The notes under the pieces are model-generated. The model was given only the letters and a program-made list of their open reading frames with translations. It did not search any database and was not told where the DNA came from. A stretch of 64,000 bases of DNA from positions 248,001 to 312,000 of the forward strand of contig LSRY02000014.1 of the NCBI GenBank assembly GCA_001643675.2. The letters are read 5' to 3'. Each line of letters opens with the position of its first letter. The stretch's first letter is position 1. Position numbers and translations under genes: made by a program. The stretch is from Monocercomonoides exilis PA203. Taxonomy: Eukaryota; Protista; Preaxostyla. This document shows positions 14,401 to 28,600 of this stretch, in pieces.

Positions 14401-17400
14401 GAAGAAGAGGAAGAATTCGAAGAAGAAGAAGAAGAAGACGATGAACACATTAGATCCAACCCCATTGCTTGTACATGTCCATTGTCTGTCTCTGCATTCT
14501 CTGTATCCTCTGTCATCACAGAAGAAGGGAACAGAGAAGAAGAAGATGATGATGATGAAGACAATCCTTGTGAATTCCGCTGCAGGCTCTGAGTCTTCGG
14601 GAGGTTGCTGCTCCGATTCTCTGGCTCAGTTATGGCCATTGCTTTCAATGAGTCTATTTGTGAGAGTTTGAACAAAAGTGCATCTGTCTTCTGTTCTGAG
14701 TGTTTAGCTGTGCTGTCGGCAAAGTCAGCTGCCAAATGAGCAGACGACGCTGAAAGATTGGCTGGTGGCACAGAAGAGATGAGAAGAGGAGGCAGCTCAG
14801 CGGCAAAGTGGTCAGAGATGGAGGAAGGATTGGAGGAATAAGGAGACTTCTGTGAGTGTGGAGAAGAGATGCTGAGGGAGTGGTGCTGCTGGAGAGGAGT
14901 GCTGAAGGAGAGAGGAGGAGGAGCAGCGGGGGAAGGCAAGAGAGGACAGTCAGATGTGAGAGGAAGAGGGGAAAAGGGGGTGGATGAGGAAGGGGAAGTG
15001 GAGGAAGAAGAGTTAGTTGAAGAAGAGGAAGATGAAGATGAAGAGGAAGAAGAAGAAGAAGCATTCCAGTTATTATCAGGTGATGTCTTGTTTGCATACG
15101 GCAGGTCTCCTGATGTGAATGGTGCCTTAGTCTCCTGAGTGTGTGTGTCATGAACAGGAAGAGGGGATGAAAGCGACTGAACATGCGACGAAAAGTGTTT
15201 TTGAGGCAGTTCAGTTGTGAGTGAAGATTGATTGCTATGAGAATGCTGATGGTTATGTTGATGCTGATTATGTTGATGATGCTGATGATGATGATGGCTG
15301 TGTCTGCTGTGAGAGGACAGAGAAGCAAAGGAAGAGTCAAACAAAAGAGAGTTGTGGTCGCTTGGAGGAGAATACGAGTTGTGCTGGTGTTGAGAGTGTG
15401 AATGTCTGAGAGGCAAAGAAGTTAGCTGAGTGCCTGCCAGCTGCAGAGGATAAAGAAGAGAAGTATCTGAAGGCATAGAGGAGTTGTTCAAGTGACCAGA
15501 GCCAAAGGAAGGGAGGAGGGAAGAATTGGGAAGAAGAGAGGAAGGAGACGAGGAAGAGGAAGAGGAGGAAGGAGAATAAGAGGAAGAAGTAGGGAGTGAG
15601 TGTGGGTGAGAGCGAGGAGAGGAAGGCTGAGGAAGCAAAGGCAGATCAGATGAATGATGCGATGAATGTGAAGCGAACGAGATGAGGTTTGGCTTTGGTG
15701 GCTTTGCAGGCAGCGCACTTTGATGTCTGTTGGAAGAAGAAGAAGAGGAAGAAGAAGAAGATAAATTGAGAGAGGATGAATGGGAAACATTGTCTCTGTG
15801 TTGATAAAAGAGGGAAGATGAGTCAGCATCAGGAAGAAGTGGAATATTGGTTATTCGATTGTCAGCTGGAAATGGCCTTGGATTGGGAAGAAGTCCATCA
15901 ACATTAGCAGAATAGGAGGAGGAAGAAGAAGAAGAAGAGGAAGAAGAAGGAAAAGCTACTTGATTGTCTAAGTGATTTCTTGAAGAAGTGCCTTCTTCAG
16001 AAGAGAATGGAGAGTGTTTGTCCAATTGGGAGGAAGAAGAGACAGAATGTTGTGAATGAGGCGAAGAATAAGACGTGTGGAGAGAAGAGCTTGGCATAGA
16101 CAGATGCAGCCCAGCATTCTGAAGCAGAGAGGAAGAGGAAGAAGGGGAGGCGGTTGAGAAGGAAGTGGTTGTAGAAGGTGAAGAAGTCGAAGAAGAAGAG
16201 CGTGAATATGATTGAGGCTGTTTTTGAGTGGATGGCTGAAGCTGATAGTCAAACTCATCATTTTCTCCTTCGCCAAAGAGAAAGGAAGGGAAAGAGGAAG
16301 GCGCTGGTATGAAAGTGGAGGAAAGAGAGGAAGAATAAGAGGACGTGAGAGAGGTGGGTGCGTGTGGTGTTGAAGAAGGGCGCGAAATGGGTCGAGATGA
16401 ATTAGTAGCAGAAGAAGCAGAGGAAGAGGAGGAGGAAGAGGAAGAATTTAATTGTGCAGACACAGTGGCAGTGGTAGTTAGAGAAGGAACAGCAAACATG
16501 GAATCGTAGGGAGAGTTAGTTTCTGCAGATGGGATTGGAAGAGGAGAGGGGAGAGAAGAGGAAGGAATGGAAGCAGAGGCAGGCGATGAGAAGGAAGGAG
16601 AAGAAGAAGCAGTCTGCCTGCAATGCGATGGGATTGAGAGGATTTGTGTGGAGTGTGGTGGCGGCGAGTGTGCTGGGTCCTGCTGCTTATAGCCAGGTGA
16701 TAGGACAAATGGAGAAACAGGGGAATAAGCAGAAATTGAGTTGGCTGAATAAGAAGGAGAGGCAGAAGTATTTTGGGGAAGAGAAGTTGTTGATGAGTTC
16801 ATCTTTGAACTCTCCAAAGAGAGCGAATCAAAACCTTTTAAAGTTGTGCTGCGGTTGTCAAACCCTTCAAAGTTTTGCTTTTGTTGCAAAGAATCAATCC
16901 GTTGGCTTTGCATTTGACTTGCATTTTGCAAGGTAGTTGATTGAGTTGGCTGTTGCAGATTTGTTGGCAATGAAGATGTTTGCTTATGTGGTGGTGCTGA
17001 AGATGTCAAGGAAAAAGAGGAGGAATTAATGCTTTGATGCGATGAAGGGGACATCTGCTTTAATCCTAAATTTTCAATTAATCCAGAATCAAAAATATCA
17101 TTTTGAACGTTTTGGTCAAATAGCCCAGAACTTTCAAATGGAGACGATGGAAATGATGGGGATGCAAAAGATGATGAAAATGAAGAATGAGAAAGTGGAA
17201 ACTCACTGATGAGAAGGGGTTTATCAGATGGCAAAGATGGAGGGATTCCACTCTTTGATTCAAGTTTAACTGGGATATTATTTTCTGTATCCATTGTTGT
17301 CAAAGAAGGAGTTGTTAACGGCTCGTTGCGAATTGATATCTCATGTGGAGTTGCTTCAGATGTCTTGTATAACTGGGATTTTGTTGGAGACATCGAGGTT

Positions 17401-17786
17401 GTTATATCGAATGATGGTTCAAGAAAAATACTGGATCCAAAAACTGGATCGAGCTGAGAATAAACTGCTTGAAAACTATCAGAAGGAGAAGCAATGCTGT
17501 CAACATTTGGAGGCGATAAATGAATCGGTAAATTTGCTGAAGGAAAAGGAGAAGAGGATGATGTTTCCAGTGATACAAGCTGAGGTTGAGGTTGCTCATC
17601 TTTACAAATATTTAAGAAGTTAATGTAATGAATAAATCGACGGATTTTATCATCATAATATGTTAAAAATTTATCAACAATAAATTCAATATCAAAAAAT
17701 AAGTTCTTCACACTTGTGTCTTCCGTTTGGTTTTGAAGCTCAACTTGCTGGGAATTTGTAGAAAACTGTACGTCTACATTTTCCAT
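9315..17786 (-). CDS. 2823-aa Ser/Pro-rich disordered protein with three C-terminal CCHC zinc knuckles
   Basis: Uninterrupted ORF, first ATG at 17786. Three CX2CX4HX4C knuckles at the extreme C-terminus: CYHCGERGHQFKNC, CFRCGRKGHTSKEC, CFLCGQVGHISRDC. Also a basic NLS-like run KNKKKRKQKKRKRK and an acidic tract. Confidence 0.85.
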
Positions 17787-18037
17787 CAAAATAAAATTTA
17801 ATTTCTATCCCCTTGAAGTCCCAATAATAAAAAATTGATATTTGCTGAGATCTTTAACCCATCACTCCAAGGAATATTCCCACCATTTAAAATATAGACA
17901 AAGTTTTGGAAACTCATATTTCATTGTAAAAAAAACAATCATTTACATATTAAATGTATCAAAACACTCAAAGAATTAAAAAAGCTTTTTCAAAAAATAA
18001 AAAAAATTTTTATAAATGGAATATACACCAATTTACA

Positions 18038-21000
18038 TCATTTCGATAAAACAAAATAATCTACAAACTCTTCAAAACCAGGATCAATACCCAATCTCCT
18101 CTCTCTCTCTCCTCTGTCAGCAGATCTATTCGATCTAATTAAAATAAGAGTTTTATCTTCCCAGCACAGCCTCGCCTCCATCAGCGTGAAACTGCCATCA
18201 CCATTATTGTTTGACTGTTCTGTCTTCAGCTTCTTCACCCCCACGTCTCTCACTTTAAACACCTGTGTCGGCTTCTGTGCACTCACCAGCGACAAAAGCC
18301 CACCAAAGCCGACTTTCCAGACAGATATTTCGAACTCGTCTGCACAAAACGCAGCGCACAGCTTGCCATCGGGTGACATGGCGATGCAAGTGATGGGAGA
18401 AGAATGGTAGGTTAATGTCTTCTCTTTGTTGGCGTGTGAAAGCGACCACACTTCGATGCTGCCGTTTGCCAGCCCTATCACCACACGCTGCTCTCCTGTG
18501 CTTGCTTTCTTCTCATTCGATGCTTGTATTCTGTCTGAAACAGACTGAAACGATGAGAATTCATTTTGCCTATTGGAAGCATAACCAGAAGATGTGCTAT
18601 TGGAAGCAGAGGATGAGGAAAGGTGTTGAGAAGAAGGAGAATACGACAAAAGAGACAAGGAAGCAGAAGAGTCACGTCTTGTAATAGAAGAAGATGTTGT
18701 TTGCGAAGGAGAGCTCGAACTATGTGGATAATTAGCAGCAGCAGAAGAAGAGGAAGAGAAGGAAGAGGAAGAAGAAGAAGCAGAAGAGCTTCCAGCAATT
18801 GCAATGGCAGATGAGCGTATAAGCAGAGCAGACAAGATAGCAGACACGTTGGAAGAGAGCGGAATACGAAATGAGGGGGACTCAGGAGACAGAAGAAGGC
18901 AGATGAGCTTCATGAACATGGGGAGAAGGAAATAGAGCTGAGAGGGAGAAGGTCCGTCTTCGATCCACAGGCAGACGATGTTGCTGACACGAGAGGCGAC
19001 AGAAAGGGCGTCTGTGGGCGAGATGGAAGGAGGAGAGAAGAGGAAGAGGAGGACAGAGGAAGAGTGAGGAGAGGAAGGGCTGCTGTGGGTGGAGGGGGTG
19101 CAGAAGAGAGAGGATTGGGTGTGGGTGGAGGTGGAGAAGAGAGAAAGAGAAGAGGAAGAGGAAGAAGAAGAAGAAGAAGAAGAAGAAGTTGGGAAGAGAG
19201 GAGTGGCAGTTGAGGGATTTTTGATGTTTTCAACGATGCGAATGAGCGAAAGAAGCATAAATTGAGGGTCAGATGCAGCGACGGTGAAGAAAGCAGCGAG
19301 AGCAGAACGAGCAAGAGGTGTTTCTTCGAAGGAGATTTCTGTAACAACAGTTGAAGAAGAGGAAGAAGATGGAGGTTGCTGTGATTGCAGTGAAGCAGAG
19401 GCAGCAGCAGGAGAAGACGAAGCAGAAGAATTGGCATAAGCAGGAGAAGACAAGTGAGAGTGAGCAGGCGAAGGAGACGAAGAAGGATGTGGAGATCGAC
19501 CAGAAGAAGACGCAGGAGAGACAGAGCTGTTTGACTTGACTGGGTCTTCCTCTGCATCAGCCACCATCTCAGCCTCAAAGGATGCATCTTCCTCTGTTGT
19601 TGAAGCAGAAGCAGCACTTGCTGATGATAATGATGGCATTGATGATGATATCGTTGATGAAGATGCATTTGCTGCTCCTTTCTGACTGTCTCCGAATGCA
19701 AATCCATCTTCGACTGAGTCATCATCCGTGTCAATGGCAGACTCAGAGAAAGAGACAACTTTTTTGAGCGAGTGGTGGAAGAGCCAAGTGAGCAGCGTCT
19801 GCACAAGAGAAGGAGAAAGAAGAGGGCGGAAGAAAGAATAGCCATCGCAGATGATGTCGATGGCACAGATGACTGTGGAATCGTCTGTGTGGTGGGCGAT
19901 GATGAGAAGGAGAAGGAGCACGAAATGAGGGCGGAGAGGGTCGTTGCGAAGGAGAAGATGGGCCAAAGGAGAAAGAGAGGAGGAGGAGGAAGAATGGGCA
20001 GAGGAAAAGACAGTGGAGAAGAAGGAGGAAGAGGAAGAGGAGGAAGATGCTGAGTCGAGAGACGATGATGGAGATGATAAGAATGAAGCAGAATTCAATG
20101 AAGATGATGAAGAAGAAGAGGGCAAAGAAGAAGAAGCAGCAGCAAATGGAGCGTTAGCAGTGCGTTCAGTAAGTGCTAATCGAGTGATGATCTGCAGAAC
20201 CATGATCTGCTCCTTAGCAATGAACGATACAATGCGGGAGGGATCGACAAGAGAGAGGATGGGGTCAGAGACAAAATACTGAGAGAGAGGGGAGAGAGAA
20301 GGAGAGGAGGAGAAGGAGGCAGGGTCAGGGTGGATAAGCACGAGGAACGTCTGCTGGATGAGAGAGAGGGAAATTTCAGCGATTTTCTGTCTGTCAGAAA
20401 GAGAGGCCCTTGACAGCAGAGAAAGAGAGACTGCACGCGAGGCATGATGGAGGAACAAGGCACCTGTGCGGTTGTTTGGAGTGGAAAGAGAGGAAGAGGA
20501 AGAGGAAGAAGAAGAAGAAGATGACGAGGATGATGATGATCCAGAAGAGTTCTGAAGAGAAGAAGCAGAGGAAGAGGAAGAAGAGGAAGAAGATCCATAG
20601 CTTCCTCCACTAATTGAGCCAAAACTTGCACACAAATGATTATCTGTGTAAAGCGAAGGGAGAAGCGAGTCAAGCACAGCCGTCTGCGAAAGAGAAGGCA
20701 TCACAAAAGAAGGTGTCGAGGCAGCCATCAGCGAGTTGTACAGGATCTGCATTTGCCTCAGACAGAACCTGTTCCACTCACTCATCCACGCCTCGTTCTC
20801 GTTCTCTTCTGCTTCTCTCGCTGCATCGCTGATATACTCACCATCATCACTTTCAGCAATGCTGCCATCATAATTGCTATAGTTGCTGTTGTCCAACGAG
20901 CTGTCAGCTCCATCTCTCCTCATTTCTTTGCCCTCATACTCATCACAATACTCCAAATCATCTCCATCTCCCTTTCTGCTCTTCCCTTCTCCTCTCCTCT

Positions 21001-24000
21001 CCTCTCTCACTGCACAATCCTTCTCTCTTCCACACTCCACCTCCTTCTCTCCACACAGCATCGACGCCAGCAGTGCTGTCCCTCCTACAGTCAGCGCAGT
21101 TGACAAGGCAGGCGAGTGTGTGAATGCATTCACTCCATAAGATGCCCTGGGAAGAGTGATAGCAACACCTTGTGTAGTCACATTTCCGATGAGATAGCCA
21201 ATGGCTGGGATGGGTCTGCCAGGCAGGTTGAAGTGGGAGAGGATGTCTGCATCGTTTGAGGGGGTGAAGCCAAAGGGCATAAAAGCAGGAAGAAGAGAAA
21301 GAGCACGCAGAAGAATAGAGTCGGCATAGGAAACAGAGAGTGGAATGGGATTGATGAGAAATGGAGGAGGATGAGGGGGTGGAGGTACTGAAAGATGCTC
21401 TTCTTTCTCTAAAAGAGCAGAAAAAGCAGATGAATAAGAGGAATCCGATAAAACACTGTGGATAGAAAATGGCGTTGTTGATTCTGAAACTCTGTTGGAA
21501 GGCTCCTTTGCCAGTGGAGGTGAGGACGTTTCAAACACAGATTTCAACTCAGATGATTTCTGTGACACATCAGATTGATTGGATGAAGCACTTGCAGATG
21601 CTGAAGAAGCAGAAGATGCATTTGAAGGGTATTTTGTGAGGAGGACGGTTGTGGAGTCCTGAATAGACGGACTTTGCTTCTCTTTATCTGAAATTTGTGT
21701 TCTTTTGTTTCTCTGTTTTGAATACTTGCTGTTCTGAGCATCTTTTATCTGCTTTCTTTTCTCCTTCAGTTGTTTGTGGCAGTAATTTCTGATTGAACGA
21801 GAGTGAATGAGCGATGAAAGATGGCCCTTCCACGAGTCAGCCGCAGCCGACGACTCCAATGAGACGAAGTCTGTGTCAAAGAACATCCGAATCTGCAGCG
21901 AAAGAGGAAGGGTCACTGTTTCTGGGTGTGCTGGATCGAACACCTGTGAAGATGCACTGAGATAGGGAGAGGACGAATGAGTAGCAGACGATGGAGAGTG
22001 TATTTCATGAGGCAAATAGTATGAAGGATGGTTGAAATAGAAGATGTGCTTGGTGGATGGATACAAATAAGGCAGTGTGTTCATCGAAATGAAGGAGTCT
22101 TTGTATTGTTTGGATGATGACAGAAATGGAACAGCTGAGAAATACGATGTGTTTTTCCTTTGGTGCATCTTCATATACACAGCTGACCCCACAACTCCTT
22201 TGTTAATCTGCTTTTGCTCTTCATATTTGTGTTTGTGTCTTCTTATTCTCCTTCTTTGAGCATCTTCTGAATCATATCCATCATATTCACATGGACTGAG
22301 AGAACCAAAACGCTTGCTGTGTCTGTCGCTGATGCTCTGACCTTTCAATGGCTGGAATGTGCTTTGAACTGACAGATTGTGAGTGGATCTTCCATTCATG
22401 TTGCCTTCACTTGCTTCACTCATCTTGTCTGTCTGTACCAAACGAGGAGTAACTGCATAGCTGCTAATCTCATTCACTTGTGGCTGGTATTGCTGACTCT
22501 GCACTTCCTCATTCAACAGCATCTGCTGCTGCTGCTGAGACAGAATCATATCCCATTCACTCATCGGTCTGTGCTTCTGCGAGGCAAACGAGGTGAAGGC
22601 AGAGTGCAGAAGAGAAGCAAGTGCTGTTACGTCGATGACGAACAGGGGGAGGACAGTGCGTGTTGTGTGTGTGAAGGAAGGGAGAGAGAGCTGAAGATGA
22701 TGCAAAGGCAAGTTTGTGGTTGGAGTGATGCGGAGAGGGAATATACGAGAGGGTGGGTTGTATGAGAGAGAAAGAGAAGAGATGGGGGAGAGGATAAGAG
22801 ACGTGAGGGGAGACATTATGTATTTTTGGTTGGCATTTGTTGAATGTGCAGAAGAATACGAAGAGGATGAGGAAGAGGAAGAAGATGATGACGAAGACGA
22901 ATTTGAAGCAGATAGGGAAGCAGAAGAAGCAGACGAGATATTTGCCGAGTTTGGAGCAGAAACAGGAGTTCTTGTTGTGGATGAAGGAATAGGAGACAGG
23001 AAAAGGCGTTGGGGTGTTGAATAGGATGAGATGGTGATTGAATCAGAAGCATCAAGAGAGGCAGCAGAGACAAGAGAAGGCTTCAAGATCTGAGGGGAGT
23101 TGACAGAATATCGTGCCTGGGGCATCTTAAACAGCTGGTCTGAGGCAGATGATGGAGACTGGTCAGAAGATGAAGCAGACTGAGAAGATTGAGAAGATTG
23201 AGCAGAGATGAGAGAGGGAGATCTACCAAAGCCAGAGGAGGAAGGCACAGATGACAGCTGTTGTTGCGCTCCATTGGTATTTGTGTTTGTATTTGGAGTG
23301 GAAGAAGAGTTAGAAGAGGAAAGATCAATTGAATTGATCAGAGTTGCAGAAGATGGCATCAGTGGCTGAGGAGAAGAGAATGAGCTGTGTGTCATTGTTG
23401 AAAGTGTTGAGGCAGGTGCTGATTCTGGTGGCAGCTTCATCAGCAGACGCATTCCATCCTTTTCGAGCTTTTGCCCTTGTTTGTACTTTGTGAGGATGTA
23501 ATGTTTGATTGCCTCGCTCTGCCTCTCCTCCTCTTTCTCCTCTTCCAGTGCATCTTCCACCTCAATCACATTCTCCTCATTCAGCAGCTGCACAATTGTC
23601 GACAGCAAATCGTGTTTTGTGGTTGAAGGTGAGGCACATGTGGGTTCAAAAGCAGATGCCCCGCCAAGTTCAGGCTGAGGAATAGAGGCAAGGAGAGGGG
23701 AATACACAGAGAGAGAATGAGCAAAGAGGCGATAGAGGAAGAAGGGAGAGATGAAAGGAGAGAAAAAGATCTGTGAGGCAGCAGGAGGAGGAGGCTTTGG
23801 ATGAGAGGAAGAAGAAGAAGAAGAAGATGATGATGATGAGGAGGAGGAGGAAGAGGAAGAAGAAGAGGTAGAAGTGATAAGAGGAGAAAGGAGAGAAGCC
23901 AAAGCAGCAGTGGAAGAGTAAGGACGGCGGAGTGCTTGTATCAGTGCAGCAAACAGATTTGGAGAAGTGAGTGAAGAAGAAGAAGAAGAAGAAGAAGGAA

Positions 24001-25642
24001 ATTGAATAGTCTGAGAGAATGGATTGAGAAGAGGAGAAAAGAAAGTGGAGAGGGAGACATCCAATGTGGCAAATTGTGGGTGCAGATGCGACAGAACAGC
24101 TGCAGAAGAGGCGATTCCAGTGAAATGGAATGGAGAGAGGCTGGTTGTGTCAATGTTCTTCAGCAGTTTTGAGTGAGGATTAAAAGAATCATCTGAAAAA
24201 TAAGACTCAGCCGTTGTGTCGAAGGCAGCAAGCTCATTCAGAAGAGCAGCAACACCTGCATTGACTGCACCGGCAGAAGAGGAGGCATTCGAAAGAGAAG
24301 AAGAAAGAGCAACTGAAAGAGCAGTGGCTGCAGAGAGGATGATGCGGAAGAGGCGAGGTGAGTAAAGCTGGGCAGCGGAGCGAGGGGAGACAGTGAGATG
24401 TGACAGAAACAGCTCAAACAGTGTTTCTCTCTTCTCTTTGTCTCCACTGGGCATCAGCATCATGTTCAGAGAAGATTGCACAGAAGGCGCAGAAGAGGAA
24501 GATGTTGAGGCAGAAGAGGAAGCAGAAGAGGCAGACGAAGAGGCAGACGATGCAGCTGGCAATGCAACAGCACCTACTCCTTTCAAAGTGTCCTCTTTGA
24601 CTGCCCTCATCTTTCCCTGTGCATCAACAGCCTTCCCATCAGCGCCTTGATTCAATCCCATCGCATGGATAAGCATGCTGAACTTGTTCGTGTCTGGAGT
24701 GCTGCTCCATGCTTCCTCTCTCTTCTTCTCCTTCTCGTTGGCTGCTCTGCCCACACCAGCACGCGAGGCATAGTTTGTTGAACTGGCTCCACCGGCATCA
24801 AAATCTCTGTCGTATCCAATTCCTGCTGCTCCCAAAAGACCAGCAGCTCCAAAATGATCATACAGATCATAATCTGATTGATGAAAGAAATTAATTGAAT
24901 ATTAAGCATTTCGATGAATAAAGAAAAATACATGTTGAAAATATATGTCAATAAAATAAATATATCCATATAAGATATTGTTATAAATTAAAATAACTTT
25001 AATCAATCCACACCATAAATCCCAGCTGGCTCAGCAGGCATCCAGCTGTTCTGGCTGTTTCTGCTAATCAGCCTTATGTCTCTTGTGAGGGATATTCTTG
25101 CGCTCTCTTCGACAGCCTTTGTTGAGGCAATGAGCACGTCTGCTTTCTGTCTGCGTGTCAGCTGGTGCGACTGGAGGGAGAAGAGGATGCCGGTTGAGCC
25201 GCAAGTGATCTGTGTGACAGTCGCCTGGGAGGAAGGAGTGGATGAGAGAGAGGCAGAGGAGGAGGCAGAGGAGAATGGGTAGATGAGAGGAGAGGAAGAT
25301 GGCTGTGGGATGGATGAGGAAAGAGAAGAAGAAGAGGAGGAGGAGGAAGGCGTGTTGATGGCAGATGAAAGAGTAGAGGAAGACAAAGAGGCTGCAGTGG
25401 AAGACGAGGAAGGAGAGTTGATAGGCAGAAGATAAGAGCCAAAGGAAGAATTTGGTGAGAGAGAAAGAGGAAGAGAAGGAAGAGTAGGTGAAAGAGATGT
25501 GGTGAAGTGAATGAGAGAAGAGAGAACACGAGATGAGTGGACAGGTGTGGAGACAGAAGGAAGTGAAGACAGCTGAGCAGCAAGAGAAGCTGGTTGGTTG
25601 GATTTGTTGGAAAAGTTGTAAGAAGAAGAAGAAGAAGAAGAA

Positions 25643-25675
<33 letters not shown>

Positions 25676-28600
25676 GTAGGTGATACTGGTGATGATGATT
25701 TCAGATGAGAATGTGGCAGAAGAACGACATTTGATCCAATCTCTCCGTATTTGTTGGGAATTCTGTACATCGAATTCGACGAGTTCAAGTTCAATAAGCA
25801 GCTGAGGGTTGATTGTCTTGCAGCAGCCGAAGGACGATCCATCGAAGACGAAGAATACAACGTGGAAGGAGGTGAAGAAGGAGAAAAATTGGAGGAAGAG
25901 GCAGAATTCTGAAGATACAAGAGACGAAGAGCAAGAGCTGTTGAGGCATTGCGTGTGGAGCGGAAGGAGAGATTGAAGAGAGAAGCGGAAGATCTTGAAG
26001 GAGCAGAAGAGGAGGAGGAAGAGGATGAAACAAGAGGAAGAGGTTTAGTTGACAAAGCACGGACAAGAAAAGAAGACAGAAATGAGATGTGTCTTGAAGA
26101 TGAAATAGATTGTATGGATTGACTGAATGAAGAAGTCTTTTTCGAGTCTTTGGAAAACTGTTTCTTTGCTTCCTTTTTCACTTCTTTTGCATTTGCGTTT
26201 GAGACTGTTGGCGTTTTGATGGCTGACAAGGTTGCAGTTGTTATAGAAGGCAGTGGGGCTAACAAGAGATGAAGATTGGCTGATACATCTTCTGCACGAA
26301 GATCTAAATCAACTTCTGAATTTTCATCTTCTTGTTGACTTTCTTCTTCACTAGGTAAGCCTTCATTGCTCAAAGACAATTTTGATAGAATTGGAGAACG
26401 AGAAGCAGTGTAATCTTTGCCTTTTTGTGTCTTTTCATCAGCTTTTTCATTATTTTTCTCTGTTGAATAATCATTCTTTGAAAGAGTATGAGCATCAGTC
26501 AGAGAACGAGACAGTTTCACTTCAGGAGAATACAACGAAGGCGGTGGAATTGGGCGGAGCGAATGAGAAGAAGCATCAGATGAGAAGCTTCTTGTTAAAA
26601 ATGGGGAAGACGAAGGATAAGGGTTATTGAGTGTTGGTGAGGCAGCAGTGGGGAAAGGTGACTTTGCTGTTTGCTCACTCGACAAATGATGACGATTGCT
26701 ATCTCTGTCAACATCATGAGAAGATTCTCTGTTTTCATCAAGAACTTCTGGCTGCTCTGTTCTGTTTGATCTGTCTTTGAGACTAAACTTACTTCCCTCA
26801 GCACTCTCACTCTCTGACTTGTATGCAAATGAAGCATCAGCACTGGAAGAGCGAGAAGTGAAAGTTGATCCCATCTTCTGCGATGTGTCTGAGGCAACCA
26901 TCGCATCGAGCATCTTGTTTGAGACAGAAGACATATCGCCCTGTGTCATCAGCAGCATCAGCGCCATGTCCATCTCTTTCTCTTTCTCTTCTTCAATGGC
27001 TTCTCTAAGATCATCCACAAACTCTTCTTCGTCGTCTTCTGCTTCTTCCTCCTCGCTTCCATCTTCTGATCCTTCTTTCTCATTCTCTGAATGAACATCC
27101 TTTTTGTTTGAAATTCGACTTTCAGCAGATTTTTGTGTATTTTCATCTTCTCCTTCATTTCTCTTCTCTTGTTTCATTTCTTCATCATCTGAATTCAATG
27201 TTTTATGTTTAGTTGATTGCGACTCAATAGCCAAATCAACAGAAGCAGGCGTATTTTTCTTTGCAGACGCCTCAGAAAATGAAGCACCAAGTTGAGAAGG
27301 TGAAACAGCAGCCGCTGCATCAGAAGAAGACGATGTTTTGTTGTAATTCAAGATTGCTGATAAATTGTGGTTTTGTTCTATTTCATTTCCTTCTCTGTCT
27401 CTCTTCTTTTTCTTCCCTTTCCTTTTTTCATCCCTTTTGTGATGCATCTTCTTTCCTTTCTCCTTCTTCTCCTTGCTATTCCTCCTCCTTCTCCTTTCTT
27501 TCCTCTCTCTCCTCTCTTCTCCTTTCCTCCTGGCAGCCATAATCCATCTCGTCACAGTGTCACTCACATCTGCTGACTCCATCCCCAATGCCACAATCAT
27601 CATCTCATTCTCCCACTTGTTCCACCACAGCTCTCTCCCCACACTCTCCATCTGAAACGGCCGCAGCAGAAAGTTCCGCATCATCGTCCATCCTCCATTC
27701 ACCATTGATTCTCTTGTGCTGCACATCCACAGAGGAAGAGGGTGGAGAGAGAGAAGAGGGACAAACAGATTGGACGGAAAGAGAGAGAAGAGAAACGACT
27801 GTGCAGGAGACACTGAAGAAGAGCCAAAGGCAAGACTGGAGGTAAATGAAGGAGGCAAAGATGAAATATACTCTGTGATCAGATTGCCTTTCTTCTTTGG
27901 ATGAGAGCCAATGAAGCTTCGGGCGATTGCGTTGTTCAATGTGGAGCGGTGGAATAGCAACTCATCTGCATCCAATCCGTGTTCAGACACAAAGGAGAGG
28001 GTGTGTGTGGAGTGAGAGAAACGAGATGGGAAAGGCTGTTTGTGGTTTGGCCCAAGCAGAAAAGTGAGTGGAGAAATGGAGGGAGTGGAGGAGAGATTGG
28101 GGCTGATGGCAGCAGGAGTGTGGGGGACGATCAACGAGACAGTGTAGAGAGTGGTGAAGGGGACGTACATGGCAGTTGCTGGAAGAGATGTGGAAGAAGA
28201 AGATGAGGAAGAAGAAGAGGAGGAGGAAGAAGAAGAAGAAAATGATGCTGGCACATTCATAGAAGATCCAAGGGAAGTGGAGAGAGGGAATCTCTGTGGC
28301 ATCGACAGAGCAGAGGGAGAAATGCTGACACCAGAAGGAGGAGAATGGAGGAAAGGGGCAGAAGGAGTGGGGAAGGAAATGGATGAAAGAGGAGATGCAA
28401 ATGGAGAAGGAATAATCGGACGGGGGCTGGAAAGAGAAAAGCGAGTGGATGGCTTCAAAGGGAAAGAGGATTGAGCCAATGCAGAAGAAGAAGACGATGA
28501 TGATGATGATGGTTCTTGCTTTGAGACAGAAGGTGGAGGAGATGTTGGATCAACTGCTGTTTCAGATGAAAAAGGATCCTTTTCCTTTTTCTCTTTCTCT

